From the NCBI GenBank assembly GCA_963693055.1, contig OY843751.1:832001-896000 (forward strand): a DNA stretch of 64,000 nt, read 5' to 3'. This stretch comes from a bacterium. GTDB taxonomy: Bacteria; Zhuqueibacterota; Zhuqueibacteria; Residuimicrobiales; Krinioviventaceae. A model generated the notes under the pieces. It had not been told where the DNA came from and searched no databases. It saw only the letters and a list, made by a program, of their open reading frames with translations. How positions within the stretch are numbered: position 1 is the stretch's first letter; each line of letters begins with the position of its first letter. The position numbers and the translations under genes are program-made. Shown here piece after piece: positions 7,322-17,692 of this stretch.

Positions 7322-9247
7322 TTGATTCTTGTTATTCCAATGTGGCTTGGGGCTTTTGAATCTGTTCGTGAAATCCAAAATCAAATGTCAGATTTTGTTC
7401 GTCCTGATGAATTTGGTTCGTACCAAAAATCAACTTTTACGGAATCTGATTCGACCCAGGAAAAGGTTGAATTCAGTTTGTTTGGAGAGCAGTTTTTTGA
7501 TCGCATTCTTTCTCAAAATACGATTGCAACAGGTGGCGTAATTACCCCCGAGTACCCATTGGGCCCTGGAGATATTTTAAATATCTATCTGGGTGACAAA
7601 GCTCAACAGGAATTCAAGGTACAGGTCAGTGTTGATGGTAAAGTATATATACCTACTGTTGGTGTGTTTGATGTTTATGGGCAGACGGTAAAAGATTTTC
7701 ACATCAGCCTGGACGAGCGTTTGAAGCGGCTTTACAATAATTATATTGTTGATGTAATGCTATTGGCGCCAAAGCAGGTTCGGATCAGTGTGGTTGGTGA
7801 GGTTAGGTCTCCGGGGAATTATACACTGAATGCATTGAATACAGCACTGGATGCAATCTTGAATGCCGGTGGTCCCACAGAATTGGGATCATTACGAAAT
7901 ATTCAACTGTTCCGTAACGACAGTTTGCTGGCATATATTGATTTGTATGAATACTTGTTGGAACAAAAAAGTCCACCCAATATATATATGCAAAACGGAG
8001 ATCGGTTGTTTGTACCCGTCCGTAAAGCAGTAGTCCAGGTATCCGGTGAGGTATATCGGGAAAAAATTTATGAGCTTAACGCTCAAGACCCAGAATCGAT
8101 TGATCAAATGATAGAGTTAGCTGGTGGCGCAACTGACATGGCTCTCGTCGATCGTATTGAACTGAGCCGAATGGGTTTAAATGGGGAACGAAAAATTTAT
8201 TATTTTGATAACAGCAATCCCGATCAGAATAAAAATATCAATTGGCGTCTTGAAAATCATGACAGGATCCATGTCTACTCTGTAAAAGATAAATTTAAAC
8301 CGCATATTCTAACAATATTGGGCGAGATCAAAAACCCCGGAATATATGAATATGAAGAAAATATGCGGGTCAGTGGTCTGGTGATGAAAGCCGGAGGTGT
8401 CTTGCGCAGCAGTTACCTGCTAAAAGCCAGTCTTGCTAAAGTTGATCCCCAGATGCCTTATCATGTTCGTGAAGTGAATCTTGAAACTGTTTTAAATAAT
8501 CCTGGTTCTGATGAGAACTTTATACTTGAACCAGATGATCAGGTTTTTATTCGTAAAATTCCGGACTGGCAGGTTGGGCCTTTGGTTGAAATCAAAGGAG
8601 AGGTAATGTTCCCGGGTTTTTATCCAATCGTCAAAGGGTCAACCAGTTTAAGCGAGGTTGTTAAACAGGCCGGCGGTTTAAAGCATGAAGCCAATGTTAA
8701 TGACGCCACACTCACACGACCTAATGCGGTATCTGTTAAAGATAAAGAATTTTTGCGTTTGCAAAGTATGAGCAAGAGTGAAATGAGCAAGAACGAGTAC
8801 CAGTATTATGTTATGAAACAAAATGCCGCAGACGTGAATTCAATTGTGGTAGATTTTTACAAGTTGCTTGTTAAAGATGATACAAAAGAAGATGTAATAT
8901 TACAAGACGGCGATATTATTAATATACCCAAAGCACCCAAGGTGGTTACTGTAATTGGAAGGGTGGCGAAAAATGGGGGTATTGTCTATAAAGAGACAGC
9001 GGGTATAGAGTATTATATTGAACAGGCGGGCGGGTATACCTGGGATGCAGATGCAGGTGATACAAAGGTTATCAAAGTTTCTGGTGAAATTCTTGACAGT
9101 CATGATGTGCATCATTTTTCACCGGGAGACAGAATCTGGGTACCGCGTAAACCTGACAGGAATTACTGGGAAATTTTCAGAGATATTATGCTGGTAGCAG
9201 GGCAAGTTGCTACGGTTTATCTTGTAGTAAAACAGGCTACTGATTAA
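7322..9247 (+). CDS. Polysaccharide export protein with multiple SLBB domains (OPX, Wza/KpsD-like)
   Basis: Poly_export motif YPLGPGDILNIY...VSVDGKVYIP and repeated V.GEV..PG.Y...AGG SLBB units. True start may be ~7292. Confidence 0.88.
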   Translation: MILVIPMWLGAFESVREIQNQMSDFVRPDEFGSYQKSTFTESDSTQEKVEFSLFGEQFFDRILSQNTIATGGVITPEYPLGPGDILNIYLGDKAQQEFKVQVSVDGKVYIPTVGVFDVYGQTVKDFHISLDERLKRLYNNYIVDVMLLAPKQVRISVVGEVRSPGNYTLNALNTALDAILNAGGPTELGSLRNIQLFRNDSLLAYIDLYEYLLEQKSPPNIYMQNGDRLFVPVRKAVVQVSGEVYREKIYELNAQDPESIDQMIELAGGATDMALVDRIELSRMGLNGERKIYYFDNSNPDQNKNINWRLENHDRIHVYSVKDKFKPHILTILGEIKNPGIYEYEENMRVSGLVMKAGGVLRSSYLLKASLAKVDPQMPYHVREVNLETVLNNPGSDENFILEPDDQVFIRKIPDWQVGPLVEIKGEVMFPGFYPIVKGSTSLSEVVKQAGGLKHEANVNDATLTRPNAVSVKDKEFLRLQSMSKSEMSKNEYQYYVMKQNAADVNSIVVDFYKLLVKDDTKEDVILQDGDIINIPKAPKVVTVIGRVAKNGGIVYKETAGIEYYIEQAGGYTWDADAGDTKVIKVSGEILDSHDVHHFSPGDRIWVPRKPDRNYWEIFRDIMLVAGQVATVYLVVKQATD

Positions 9248-9262
9248 TTTTAGCGGAGACAA

Positions 9263-10513
9263 ATGAATAATCATTCAAATACCCAGGAAATACACATCCT
9301 GGACTATCTCAATGTTCTGGTAAATGCCCGATGGATTATTGCCCGCAATTTTGTAGTTGCTGCGCTTTTGAGTGTTGTGCTTACGCTGGTTCTCCCCAAA
9401 CAATATGTGGGCGAGACTACATTAATGCCACCCCCTGAAGCAGAAAAATATGGCATGGGAAGTATTCTCTCTGAAGTAACCATACCAAGCCTGAGTATGA
9501 ATTTTGGTCAGTCTTCCTCATCAGAGATCCTGATCGAAGTCCTTAAAAGTCGTTCTGTAAAGACCAGAGTGCTTGAACGGAAATTTAAGATTAAAGATAA
9601 AGATTTAGTACTGTATGAATATTTGGGATATTCTTCAGCGCAGAACGCGTTGAAAAAGATTACAAAAAAGAGCATGTTTGCAGTTTCCAAGCAGGGCATT
9701 ATTACTATTGCAGTGAAAATGAACACGGCACAGTTGGCTGCCGATGTGGCAAATGCATTTGTACAAGAGCTTGATCAGGTGAACCAGGAAAAGAGTGTTT
9801 CACGGGCCAAGAATTCAAGAATATATATAAAATCTCAGCTTAAAGAGACTAATGAAAAGCTGGAACAGGCAACGCGAAAGCTGGCAGAATTTCAGCAGGA
9901 AAACCGGGCTGTATCCCTGCAAGAGCAAACACACGCATCAATTCAGCAAGCGGGTGAACTCAAGGGACGGATTATTGCCAAAGAAGTCGAAATAGGGGTT
10001 ATGCTGCAAACCATGAAACCTGAAAATCCCCTGGTAACCCACGCGCAAAAAGAACTTGAAGAATTGAACCGCAGGTATCATGAATTGCAGTATGGCGATA
10101 CTTCGGTGAAAACAAACGAAAGCGAGTTTTATGTTCCCTTTACCGATGTCCCTCAGGTTGGGTTAAAGCTTGCAGAACTTGCCCGGGATGTTAAAGTACA
10201 GGAAACGGTTTGGCAGTTACTTAATCAACAATATTACCAGGCCAAGATTGAAGAGGCGCGAAACACTCCAACCGTGCAGGTTCTGGATGTGGCGGTTGCG
10301 CCTGTAAAACACTTTTGGCCAAGAAAGAAAACCTTTTTATTGGTGTTTGGAGCCGCCTCCATATTATTTACTATTCTTTGGGTATTTATTGTTCATTTTT
10401 ATATGATATTGATTCAAAATCCGGAAAAAAATGAACGGTTTATGAATATCCGGGCCCAACTGAATAGCGATTGGCATCTTTTTAAATCCCGCTTGACTCG
10501 CAAGAAATTTTGA
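9263..10513 (+). CDS. Polysaccharide co-polymerase / chain-length determinant (Wzz/GumC-like), no kinase domain
   Basis: EIHILDYL N-terminus, TM, LPKQY...TLMPP, coiled coil, VQVLDVAVAPVKHFWPRK before the second TM. Confidence 0.85.
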   Translation: MNNHSNTQEIHILDYLNVLVNARWIIARNFVVAALLSVVLTLVLPKQYVGETTLMPPPEAEKYGMGSILSEVTIPSLSMNFGQSSSSEILIEVLKSRSVKTRVLERKFKIKDKDLVLYEYLGYSSAQNALKKITKKSMFAVSKQGIITIAVKMNTAQLAADVANAFVQELDQVNQEKSVSRAKNSRIYIKSQLKETNEKLEQATRKLAEFQQENRAVSLQEQTHASIQQAGELKGRIIAKEVEIGVMLQTMKPENPLVTHAQKELEELNRRYHELQYGDTSVKTNESEFYVPFTDVPQVGLKLAELARDVKVQETVWQLLNQQYYQAKIEEARNTPTVQVLDVAVAPVKHFWPRKKTFLLVFGAASILFTILWVFIVHFYMILIQNPEKNERFMNIRAQLNSDWHLFKSRLTRKKF

Positions 10514-10535
10514 TCTGATTATTTCAGGAGTATTT

Positions 10536-11288
10536 ATGGAAAATTATATATCCGAATCTGCCACTATTGGTGAGAATTCAGAAATCGGACGTTTTACAGT
10601 TATTGCAGAAAATGTAAAAATAGGCAACAATTGTCGTATTGGACATAATGTTGTAATTCATCAGGATGCTGTCATTGGTGACAATGTTCGTATTGATGAT
10701 TGTACTGTGATTGGAAAACAACCTATGCGTTCTAAACGCAGTATTTTTAAAGATGAAACGACTTTGCCTCCTGTGAAAATTGGTAATGATTGTATGTTTG
10801 GTGCACAGGTTGTTATCTATGCCGGTTGTGAGATTGATAATAATGTTCTGGTTGCTGATGGGGCCGCGGTTCGAGAAGAAGTAACTGTGGGTGAATTTAC
10901 AATTATAGGCAGAAGTGCTACCATAGAAAATAAAACAACAATTGGTATAAAGTGTAAATTGGAGACCAATTGCTATATAACAGCATATTCCACTATTGAA
11001 GATTTTTGTTTTATCGCACCAGGTGTACATACAACCAATGATAATTTTTTAGGTCGCACAGAAGAACGGTTCAAACATTTCAAAGGTGTGACAATAAAGC
11101 GTGGTGGTCGTATTGGCGGACATGCTGTTATTTTGCCGGGCAGAGTGATTGGTGAAGATGCAGTGGTTGCTGCGGGTTCAGTTGTAACCCGTGATGTACC
11201 TGCGCGTCAAATTGTAATTGGGGCACCTGCCAAGTATTTACGTGATGTGCCGGAAGATCAGTTGTTGGAAAACCAGGGGTGGGAATAG
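10536..11288 (+). CDS. Hexapeptide-repeat N-acetyltransferase, WbpD/WlbB-like
   Basis: Left-handed beta-helix repeats; FIAPGVHTTND; VVAAGSVVTRDVP...GAPAK. Confidence 0.8.
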   Translation: MENYISESATIGENSEIGRFTVIAENVKIGNNCRIGHNVVIHQDAVIGDNVRIDDCTVIGKQPMRSKRSIFKDETTLPPVKIGNDCMFGAQVVIYAGCEIDNNVLVADGAAVREEVTVGEFTIIGRSATIENKTTIGIKCKLETNCYITAYSTIEDFCFIAPGVHTTNDNFLGRTEERFKHFKGVTIKRGGRIGGHAVILPGRVIGEDAVVAAGSVVTRDVPARQIVIGAPAKYLRDVPEDQLLENQGWE

Positions 11289-11300
11289 GAGAAGGAACTG

Positions 11301-12371
11301 TTGAAAGTATTAACCGTTGTGGGTGCAAGACCCCAGTTTATTAAAGCTGCACCGGTATCCCGGAATTTAAGAACACAGCATGAAGAGATTTTAGTCCATA
11401 CCGGACAACATTATGATGAAAACATGTCTCAGCTTTTTTTTGATGAGCTCAATATACCCAAGCCCGATGTGAATTTAGAGATAGGCTCAGGATTACACGC
11501 GGAACAAACCGGTAAAATGATGGTAGAGCTTGAAAAGCTAATTGTCAGTCATAAACCCAATTGTGTGATGGTATATGGAGATACCAATTCTACAATCGCT
11601 GGTTCACTTGCTGCAAGCAAGCTCAATGTACCTGTTGTTCATATTGAGGCGGGTTTGCGCAGTTTTAACAGGCACATGCCTGAAGAAATTAACCGGGTAT
11701 TGACAGATAAAATATCAGACTTGCTTTTTTGTCCTACAAAAGTTGCTGTTGAACATTTGGCAAAAGAAGGCGTTATCCAGGGTGTGTATCAGACAGGTGA
11801 TGTTATGTTTGATGCCGCTTTGTATTATGCAGAAATGGCAGAACATAAAGATTCTGTACTAGATGTTATAGGTGTGGAACCCGGAAAATATTTGCTGGCA
11901 ACCTGTCATCGTCCGCAAAATACGGATGATAAACAGACTTTGACAGGTATAGTGCAGGCCTTTTTAGAAACCGGCAAAACAATTGTTTTGCCTATACATC
12001 CCCGTACACGTGGATTTTTGCAAAAATATGATTTAATAAATGAAATTAATAATAGTGGTACAATAAAGCTGATTGATCCTGTGGGTTATCTTGAAATGAT
12101 TCAGCTTGAAAAAAATGCAGAGAAAATACTAACAGATTCCGGTGGTGTACAAAAAGAAGCGTATTTCTACAAAGTACCCTGTATTACCATGCGTCCTGAA
12201 ACCGAGTGGGTAGAAACCGTACAGGATGGCTGGAATGATCTTGTTGGTGCAGATAAGGGTAAAATACAAAATGCCATATCTTCATTTAATCCTGCATCTG
12301 AACAAAACAGCCACTATGGTGATGGCAATGCAAGTGAAATAATGGTTAATATATTAAATGAACATTTTTAA
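11301..12371 (+). CDS. wecB: Non-hydrolysing UDP-GlcNAc(3NAcA) 2-epimerase, WecB/WbpI-like
   Basis: VGARPQFIK, HTGQHYD, VYGDTNST, HIEAGLRSFN..MPEEINR, TDSGGVQKEA. TTG start after RBS. Confidence 0.9.
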   Translation: MKVLTVVGARPQFIKAAPVSRNLRTQHEEILVHTGQHYDENMSQLFFDELNIPKPDVNLEIGSGLHAEQTGKMMVELEKLIVSHKPNCVMVYGDTNSTIAGSLAASKLNVPVVHIEAGLRSFNRHMPEEINRVLTDKISDLLFCPTKVAVEHLAKEGVIQGVYQTGDVMFDAALYYAEMAEHKDSVLDVIGVEPGKYLLATCHRPQNTDDKQTLTGIVQAFLETGKTIVLPIHPRTRGFLQKYDLINEINNSGTIKLIDPVGYLEMIQLEKNAEKILTDSGGVQKEAYFYKVPCITMRPETEWVETVQDGWNDLVGADKGKIQNAISSFNPASEQNSHYGDGNASEIMVNILNEHF

Positions 12372-14025
12372 AAAAATAATTTTCCTTCTTTTATGGGGGG
12401 GATTTTTATATTCTCAAACTGTTTTTGTTCCTTCTCAACACCGTGTTTATGACTTTATTGAACGTATGGAGACAAAGGGTCTCTTGCGAGGGTTTCACAA
12501 CGACACCCGCCCTTTATCCCGATTGGAAATTGCAAAGGGATTGAGAAAAGTTTATGAACACTCTGAGCAATTGGGTAAAAACGAGGCCAAAGAACTGGGG
12601 TATTATATCTCTCAATTCAGAGAAGAGTTGGGTGATCTGTTTAAGCCTCATGCAGAACGTTTGGACGTTATTACAAAACATAAATGGATTGATGGCTGGC
12701 TTCCGGACAAGGTTTATGCCAATGGAAGGAATTTATTTTCTTATTCAGATGATATAACGCGCATTAACATTGATCCCATATTGTCAGAAAAACGACTGTT
12801 TGCCAATGCAGATACTCTGCAATCAACAGAAAAAGTTTTTGAACAAACGAGCGGTTTTTTGATTTGGGGAACGCTTGGTGATCATGTAGGTTATTATACA
12901 GACGTACGTGATACGCGCGAATGGGGTACACGTAATTATCCCCTTTTTATTAATACAACTGCTTATGGTCTCGGATTTGTCTCCGGCGGCAATGGCGATA
13001 TCTATCATGATGAAACACGGGCCTACCTGGTCTATAATAAGAATTGGTTTCTATTACAGTTCGGCAAAGATGAAAACCAATGGGGACCGGGATATAGGGG
13101 GCAACTGGCATTGTCTGATGTTGCAACCAGTTATGATTTTATAAAACTCCAGTTCAATACGCGTCCCTTTAAACTCACGTCAATGTATGCGGTCTTGAAG
13201 CATTTTACTCCAGAATATTATTACGGCAATCATTTGGAAAAGTATATGGCCGCGCACAGGATAGAGTTTTCTCCATTATCCTGGATAAATGTAGGCATGC
13301 ATGAGATTATGATTTTCTCCGAAAGAAAGTTTGAGGCTGCTTATGTGAATCCCGTTATGTTTTTCAGGTCTGCCGAACATTACCTGGGGGACCGGGACAA
13401 TGCGGCAATGGGACTGGATATGGAGATGTTTGTACTTCCTCGGACCAAAATCTATGCTGAACTGTTTCTTGATGATGTCACTACAAGTAAGCTCGGCTCT
13501 TCTTTTTATGGCAACAAGTACGCTTACCTTGCCGGGATTTATCATGTAAATCCATTAGGGCTTGCCAATACGGATATAAGAATAGAATATTCAAGACTGC
13601 GTCCATTTGTCTATAGCCACAAGTCTGATATTAATACCTATAACCATTTCGTAACGGGTATGGGGCACTGGAGTGGTTCTAATTCTGATGTTGCTTATTT
13701 TGAAATGAATTTTAGACCTACAATTCGTACTCGGATTTCCGGTTTTGTTGAAAAAAGGCGACATGGTGGTAACTCTGAACAGGTAAATGCGGGAGGTGAT
13801 ATTTTTACGCCTCACGATCCCAGTGATTCTGTTTCAGCTCCATTTTTGGATGGTATTTTTGAAGAGTATTTACAATTTGGTATTCTCTATAGATATGAAT
13901 TGTTTTACAATTGTTATTTATCAACACAATACAGCTATGGCAAAGGGGACTCGGAGCTAAATCCAGATACAGATTTCCCAGGTAAGCGTTCTGAATTCTG
14001 GTTCCATTTTAGTTTGAATTATTGA
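12358..14025 (+). CDS. Capsule assembly Wzi-family outer-membrane protein
   Basis: Signal peptide; VYDFIERM..KG...TRPLSR; QWGPGYRGQLALSD; AAHRIEF; YAELFLDD; C-terminal aromatic residue. Confidence 0.78.
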   Translation: MNIFKKIIFLLLWGGFLYSQTVFVPSQHRVYDFIERMETKGLLRGFHNDTRPLSRLEIAKGLRKVYEHSEQLGKNEAKELGYYISQFREELGDLFKPHAERLDVITKHKWIDGWLPDKVYANGRNLFSYSDDITRINIDPILSEKRLFANADTLQSTEKVFEQTSGFLIWGTLGDHVGYYTDVRDTREWGTRNYPLFINTTAYGLGFVSGGNGDIYHDETRAYLVYNKNWFLLQFGKDENQWGPGYRGQLALSDVATSYDFIKLQFNTRPFKLTSMYAVLKHFTPEYYYGNHLEKYMAAHRIEFSPLSWINVGMHEIMIFSERKFEAAYVNPVMFFRSAEHYLGDRDNAAMGLDMEMFVLPRTKIYAELFLDDVTTSKLGSSFYGNKYAYLAGIYHVNPLGLANTDIRIEYSRLRPFVYSHKSDINTYNHFVTGMGHWSGSNSDVAYFEMNFRPTIRTRISGFVEKRRHGGNSEQVNAGGDIFTPHDPSDSVSAPFLDGIFEEYLQFGILYRYELFYNCYLSTQYSYGKGDSELNPDTDFPGKRSEFWFHFSLNY

Positions 14026-14032
14026 GCAGTAT

Positions 14033-15463
14033 ATGGGTGAGAGAGACCGTATATTTAGAAATTTTATATTTCTGTTGATTGGCGGTATTATTGCCAGTCT
14101 GGTTGAATTTGCTATAGAAATTATGCTTGCACGGCGTCTATCTGACACCGGTTATGGGCACTGGTCATACGCCCAGTCCGTTTTTATTTATCTGATATTA
14201 ATTGTAGATATAGGGCTTGCAGTTTATGGCGCACGCGAGATAGCGCGTTGCAGGGAGCAAATCAATCGGTTTATAGCAAATATTGTTGTGGTGCGAACTT
14301 TGGTTGCTGTAATTTTATCTGCAGTGTTGTTTATTTATGTTTTAAGATTGGGGATTCCTGCACATTTAAAGACCCTTTATATGGGTGGCTTTTCCATACT
14401 TCTTGCACTGGCTTTTAACCCAGAATTTGTTTTCCAGGGGATTGAAAGAATGGTGGGGATTGCGCTGTGGCGCATTCTGAATTATGTATTCTTTTTTATT
14501 CTGGTACTATTGATTGTTCATAGGCCCGATGACCTGCAGAGGGTTTCATGGCTCCGTGGAATTTCATATATAGGTGCTGTGCTGATTTTGTGGTTGATCA
14601 TTGCAAAAATAACAGGTTTGCCGCGATTCGGTGATATTGCCGTGAATTCATGGCTCCCCATGTTAAAAGTATCTGTTTTTATTGCTGCGTCTACACTCAT
14701 TGTAAATGTTTATTTTACATTTGATACGTTGGTAATTGGCAAGTTTTTAGGTGCTCAGCAGGTTGGATGGTATTCAGCCGCATACAAGGTTGTTGGACAG
14801 TTTTTAGGTCTGGCCATTATGGTTCAGGTTGTTTTTGGCCCGGTTATTTCGCGCTGGCGTGATAATGCCTCAAAATTAGATTGGCTTACCTCTGCGCTAC
14901 AGGTAGTAATGCTTTACCTTGGTGGTTTGATTGCAGGGGGATTGTATTTTATCTCGGATGTTTTAATAATCCGGTTGTATGGACAAGAGTTTTTACAATC
15001 GGTTTTTATTTTCAAAGTGTTGTTGATTGTGATTTTTTTGTTCTTTTATCAGACAATTTATACTACTCTCTTGCTTTATAGCGGAAAAGAGAGATTGTAC
15101 CTGTGGAGCATGTCTGCCGGAGGTATGGTGAACCTGGTACTGAATCTGATAATTGTACCCATATGGGGTATGATTGGCGCATTGGCTGCTACACTTTTTA
15201 GCCATTTGGTAATTGCCGGGATCGCTTTTTTATTTTACCGATATCGGGTGCAAAAAGAGCTGCATCACATACATGTGTTAGGGATTTCGATGAAAATGAT
15301 TTTGTTTTTTGTGATGCTGGTAATAGTTTCTTTTATCAATAATGCTTATTTTGCTTGTATCCTGTTTTGTGCAGGTTTTACAATCTTGTATATATTAATG
15401 AATTTGAAAAAAATATCGACTGTTTTTAATGGACTGGTAACTAACGGAGAGCGCTTAATTTAA
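14033..15463 (+). CDS. Wzx flippase (1)
   Basis: Multi-TM; LARRLS..GYG.WS, DIGL..YGAREIA, FQGIERM, VGWYSAAYK, N..LN...VP.WGMIGA. Confidence 0.85.
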   Translation: MGERDRIFRNFIFLLIGGIIASLVEFAIEIMLARRLSDTGYGHWSYAQSVFIYLILIVDIGLAVYGAREIARCREQINRFIANIVVVRTLVAVILSAVLFIYVLRLGIPAHLKTLYMGGFSILLALAFNPEFVFQGIERMVGIALWRILNYVFFFILVLLIVHRPDDLQRVSWLRGISYIGAVLILWLIIAKITGLPRFGDIAVNSWLPMLKVSVFIAASTLIVNVYFTFDTLVIGKFLGAQQVGWYSAAYKVVGQFLGLAIMVQVVFGPVISRWRDNASKLDWLTSALQVVMLYLGGLIAGGLYFISDVLIIRLYGQEFLQSVFIFKVLLIVIFLFFYQTIYTTLLLYSGKERLYLWSMSAGGMVNLVLNLIIVPIWGMIGALAATLFSHLVIAGIAFLFYRYRVQKELHHIHVLGISMKMILFFVMLVIVSFINNAYFACILFCAGFTILYILMNLKKISTVFNGLVTNGERLI

Positions 15464-16968
15464 TGGCAAATTATGTAGGAAATAATAGTATGCTCAATCT
15501 TACCCGGGGTGGTTTGCTTGCTAAAAATACTATAATGAATATTGTTTTTCAGGGTGTGCCCCTATTGGTGGCATTGATTACTATCCCTGTTTTGATTAAG
15601 GGATTGGGTACCGATCGTTTTGGTGTGCTAAGTATTGCATGGATTGTAATGGGTTACTTCAGTCTGTTCGATTTTGGTATTGCCCGGGTATTGATCAAGA
15701 TGATTGGTGAAAAGCTTGCTGTAGAAAAGTATGATGAAATACCAGCCTTGTTTTGGACGGGATTTACGTTCTTGTCCATTTTGGGTATTGTTATGGCTGT
15801 GATTTTGATTTTTCTATCTCATGCACTGGTTTATCAGGTTTTTAAAATACCTCCTGATCTGTTGGGAGAATCGGTTATTGCGTTTTGGGCAATATCTGGC
15901 TGTATACCGGTTGTTATTACCACTGCCGCACTATGGGGAGTGATGGAGGCCAAGCAATCTTTTTTTAAAGTTAATATTGTACGTACACTAAATACATTGT
16001 TTACGCTATTATTGCCGGTTTTGGGATTACTATTTACAAACCATATTGGCTATATTATTATCATACTCACCATTGGCAGAATTGTTTTATGGTTTGTTTC
16101 TTTTTTTGTTGCATTGAATGTGTTGGATGTGTTAAAACGCGGATTTATCTTTTCCCGTGATCTTGTGAAACCCATTTTAAAATTGGGTGGCTGGATGTCT
16201 GTCAGCAATATTATCAGTCCATTAATGGTGTATTCAGACCGTTTTCTGATTGGAGCGTTGTTGTCTGTAACCGCAGTGACGTATTATGTTACGCCTTATG
16301 AAGTGGTTACAAAAATATTAATGGTAGCTATTGCTTTGAACCGGGTCTTGTTTCCCGCATTTTCCGCAAGTTATGATCTGGACAGAAACCGCGCGGCACG
16401 CATTTATGAATGGGGAAGAAAGTTGTTATGGGTTTTTATGTTCCCTATTATTTTGTTGATTGTTCTTTTTGCAAAAGAAGGATTGCAAATTTGGGTGGGG
16501 AACGACTTGGCCACTCAAAGTACATTGGTGATGCAATTATTGGCACTTGGTGTATTTCTGAATGCACCTGCACAGGTTTCGCTTAGCCTTATTCAGGCGG
16601 CAGGAAGGCCGGATATAACTGCCAAGCTTCATTTGATAGAAACCCCGTTATATTTCTTAATGTTTGTATTTATGGTAGACAAGATGGGTATTAATGGTGC
16701 GGCTTTGACGTGGTCTGCAAGGGTTTTGCTTGATTCTGTTTTAATGCATTATTTTGCCGGTAAATTGCTTGATATGAAACAAGTTAAATTTTTTATCGGT
16801 TTAGCCTTTGCTATGATTGTTTTTATAGCTGCTATGTTAATTCAATCTACATTGATGGTTAAATTGCTTTTTGTTGCTGTTATGGTTCCTGTTTTATTGC
16901 TATTTGTTTTTAAATGGTGGTTTGAAAAAGCTGAATTGAAACAGGTTTTGCAGTTCAGGAGAAATTGA
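15463..16968 (+). CDS. Wzx flippase (2)
   Basis: LAKNT..N, LGTDRFG, LFDFGI, GGWMSVSNIISPLMVYSDRFLIG, YYVTPYE. Confidence 0.88.
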   Translation: MANYVGNNSMLNLTRGGLLAKNTIMNIVFQGVPLLVALITIPVLIKGLGTDRFGVLSIAWIVMGYFSLFDFGIARVLIKMIGEKLAVEKYDEIPALFWTGFTFLSILGIVMAVILIFLSHALVYQVFKIPPDLLGESVIAFWAISGCIPVVITTAALWGVMEAKQSFFKVNIVRTLNTLFTLLLPVLGLLFTNHIGYIIIILTIGRIVLWFVSFFVALNVLDVLKRGFIFSRDLVKPILKLGGWMSVSNIISPLMVYSDRFLIGALLSVTAVTYYVTPYEVVTKILMVAIALNRVLFPAFSASYDLDRNRAARIYEWGRKLLWVFMFPIILLIVLFAKEGLQIWVGNDLATQSTLVMQLLALGVFLNAPAQVSLSLIQAAGRPDITAKLHLIETPLYFLMFVFMVDKMGINGAALTWSARVLLDSVLMHYFAGKLLDMKQVKFFIGLAFAMIVFIAAMLIQSTLMVKLLFVAVMVPVLLLFVFKWWFEKAELKQVLQFRRN

Positions 16969-16969
16969 G

Positions 16970-17686
16970 ATGCAAATTATTACAGTATATAATAATGAGT
17001 ATGTTTTGCATGGAGGATTAACGGCAAGTCATCCCAATATTCTGGAAAATGCAGCCATAACCCTGATCAATAACAGTCAGGGGAAATATTCTTCATTTAG
17101 TAAAGCTATTCAGGACAATTTGCATCTATTTTCGGATGAAATTTTGATCATTGCACATCAGGATGTGATTTTTTATAATGAAAAATGTTTTTTGAAAATT
17201 CCTGAATGGTGTCATTCAATTGATAACGACGGTTGTTTTTTTGCAGGCGTTGCCGGCAGGGTAGAAAGAGAAGGATATAAGGAAGGTGTGGGGATTGGAA
17301 ATATAATTTCAGGTGGTAGAGAAACCGGGTTTTTGACAATTAACACACCTCATAAGGTTAATACTTTTGATGAATGTGTCATGATTACGAATCTAAATAC
17401 CATCAAACGATTTGGATTATTTGAAAATCCTGTTATAAAGTGGCATTTATATGCTGTTGATGCTTGTACAATTTTGGCAAAGCATCATTTCTCTCCATAT
17501 GTATTCCCGGTTCAGGTAAATCATCTTTCTGCAGGTAACTGTGATTCGGATTATTTTCTCGCGGGACAATATTTATTAAAAAAACATCAGGTTAATGAAT
17601 TGTATACCACCAACGGCAAGCTTACTCGCACGTCTGTGGTAACACGTAATTTAAAATACAAAGCAAGAAAGATTTTGGGATTTTAA
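16970..17686 (+). CDS. GT2-like glycosyltransferase (Glyco_tranf_2_5-like)
   Basis: IITVYNN, IIAHQDV, AGVAG, TFDEC, WHLYAVD.C, VNHLSAG. Confidence 0.65.
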   Translation: MQIITVYNNEYVLHGGLTASHPNILENAAITLINNSQGKYSSFSKAIQDNLHLFSDEILIIAHQDVIFYNEKCFLKIPEWCHSIDNDGCFFAGVAGRVEREGYKEGVGIGNIISGGRETGFLTINTPHKVNTFDECVMITNLNTIKRFGLFENPVIKWHLYAVDACTILAKHHFSPYVFPVQVNHLSAGNCDSDYFLAGQYLLKKHQVNELYTTNGKLTRTSVVTRNLKYKARKILGF

Positions 17687-17692
17687 TAAAGA

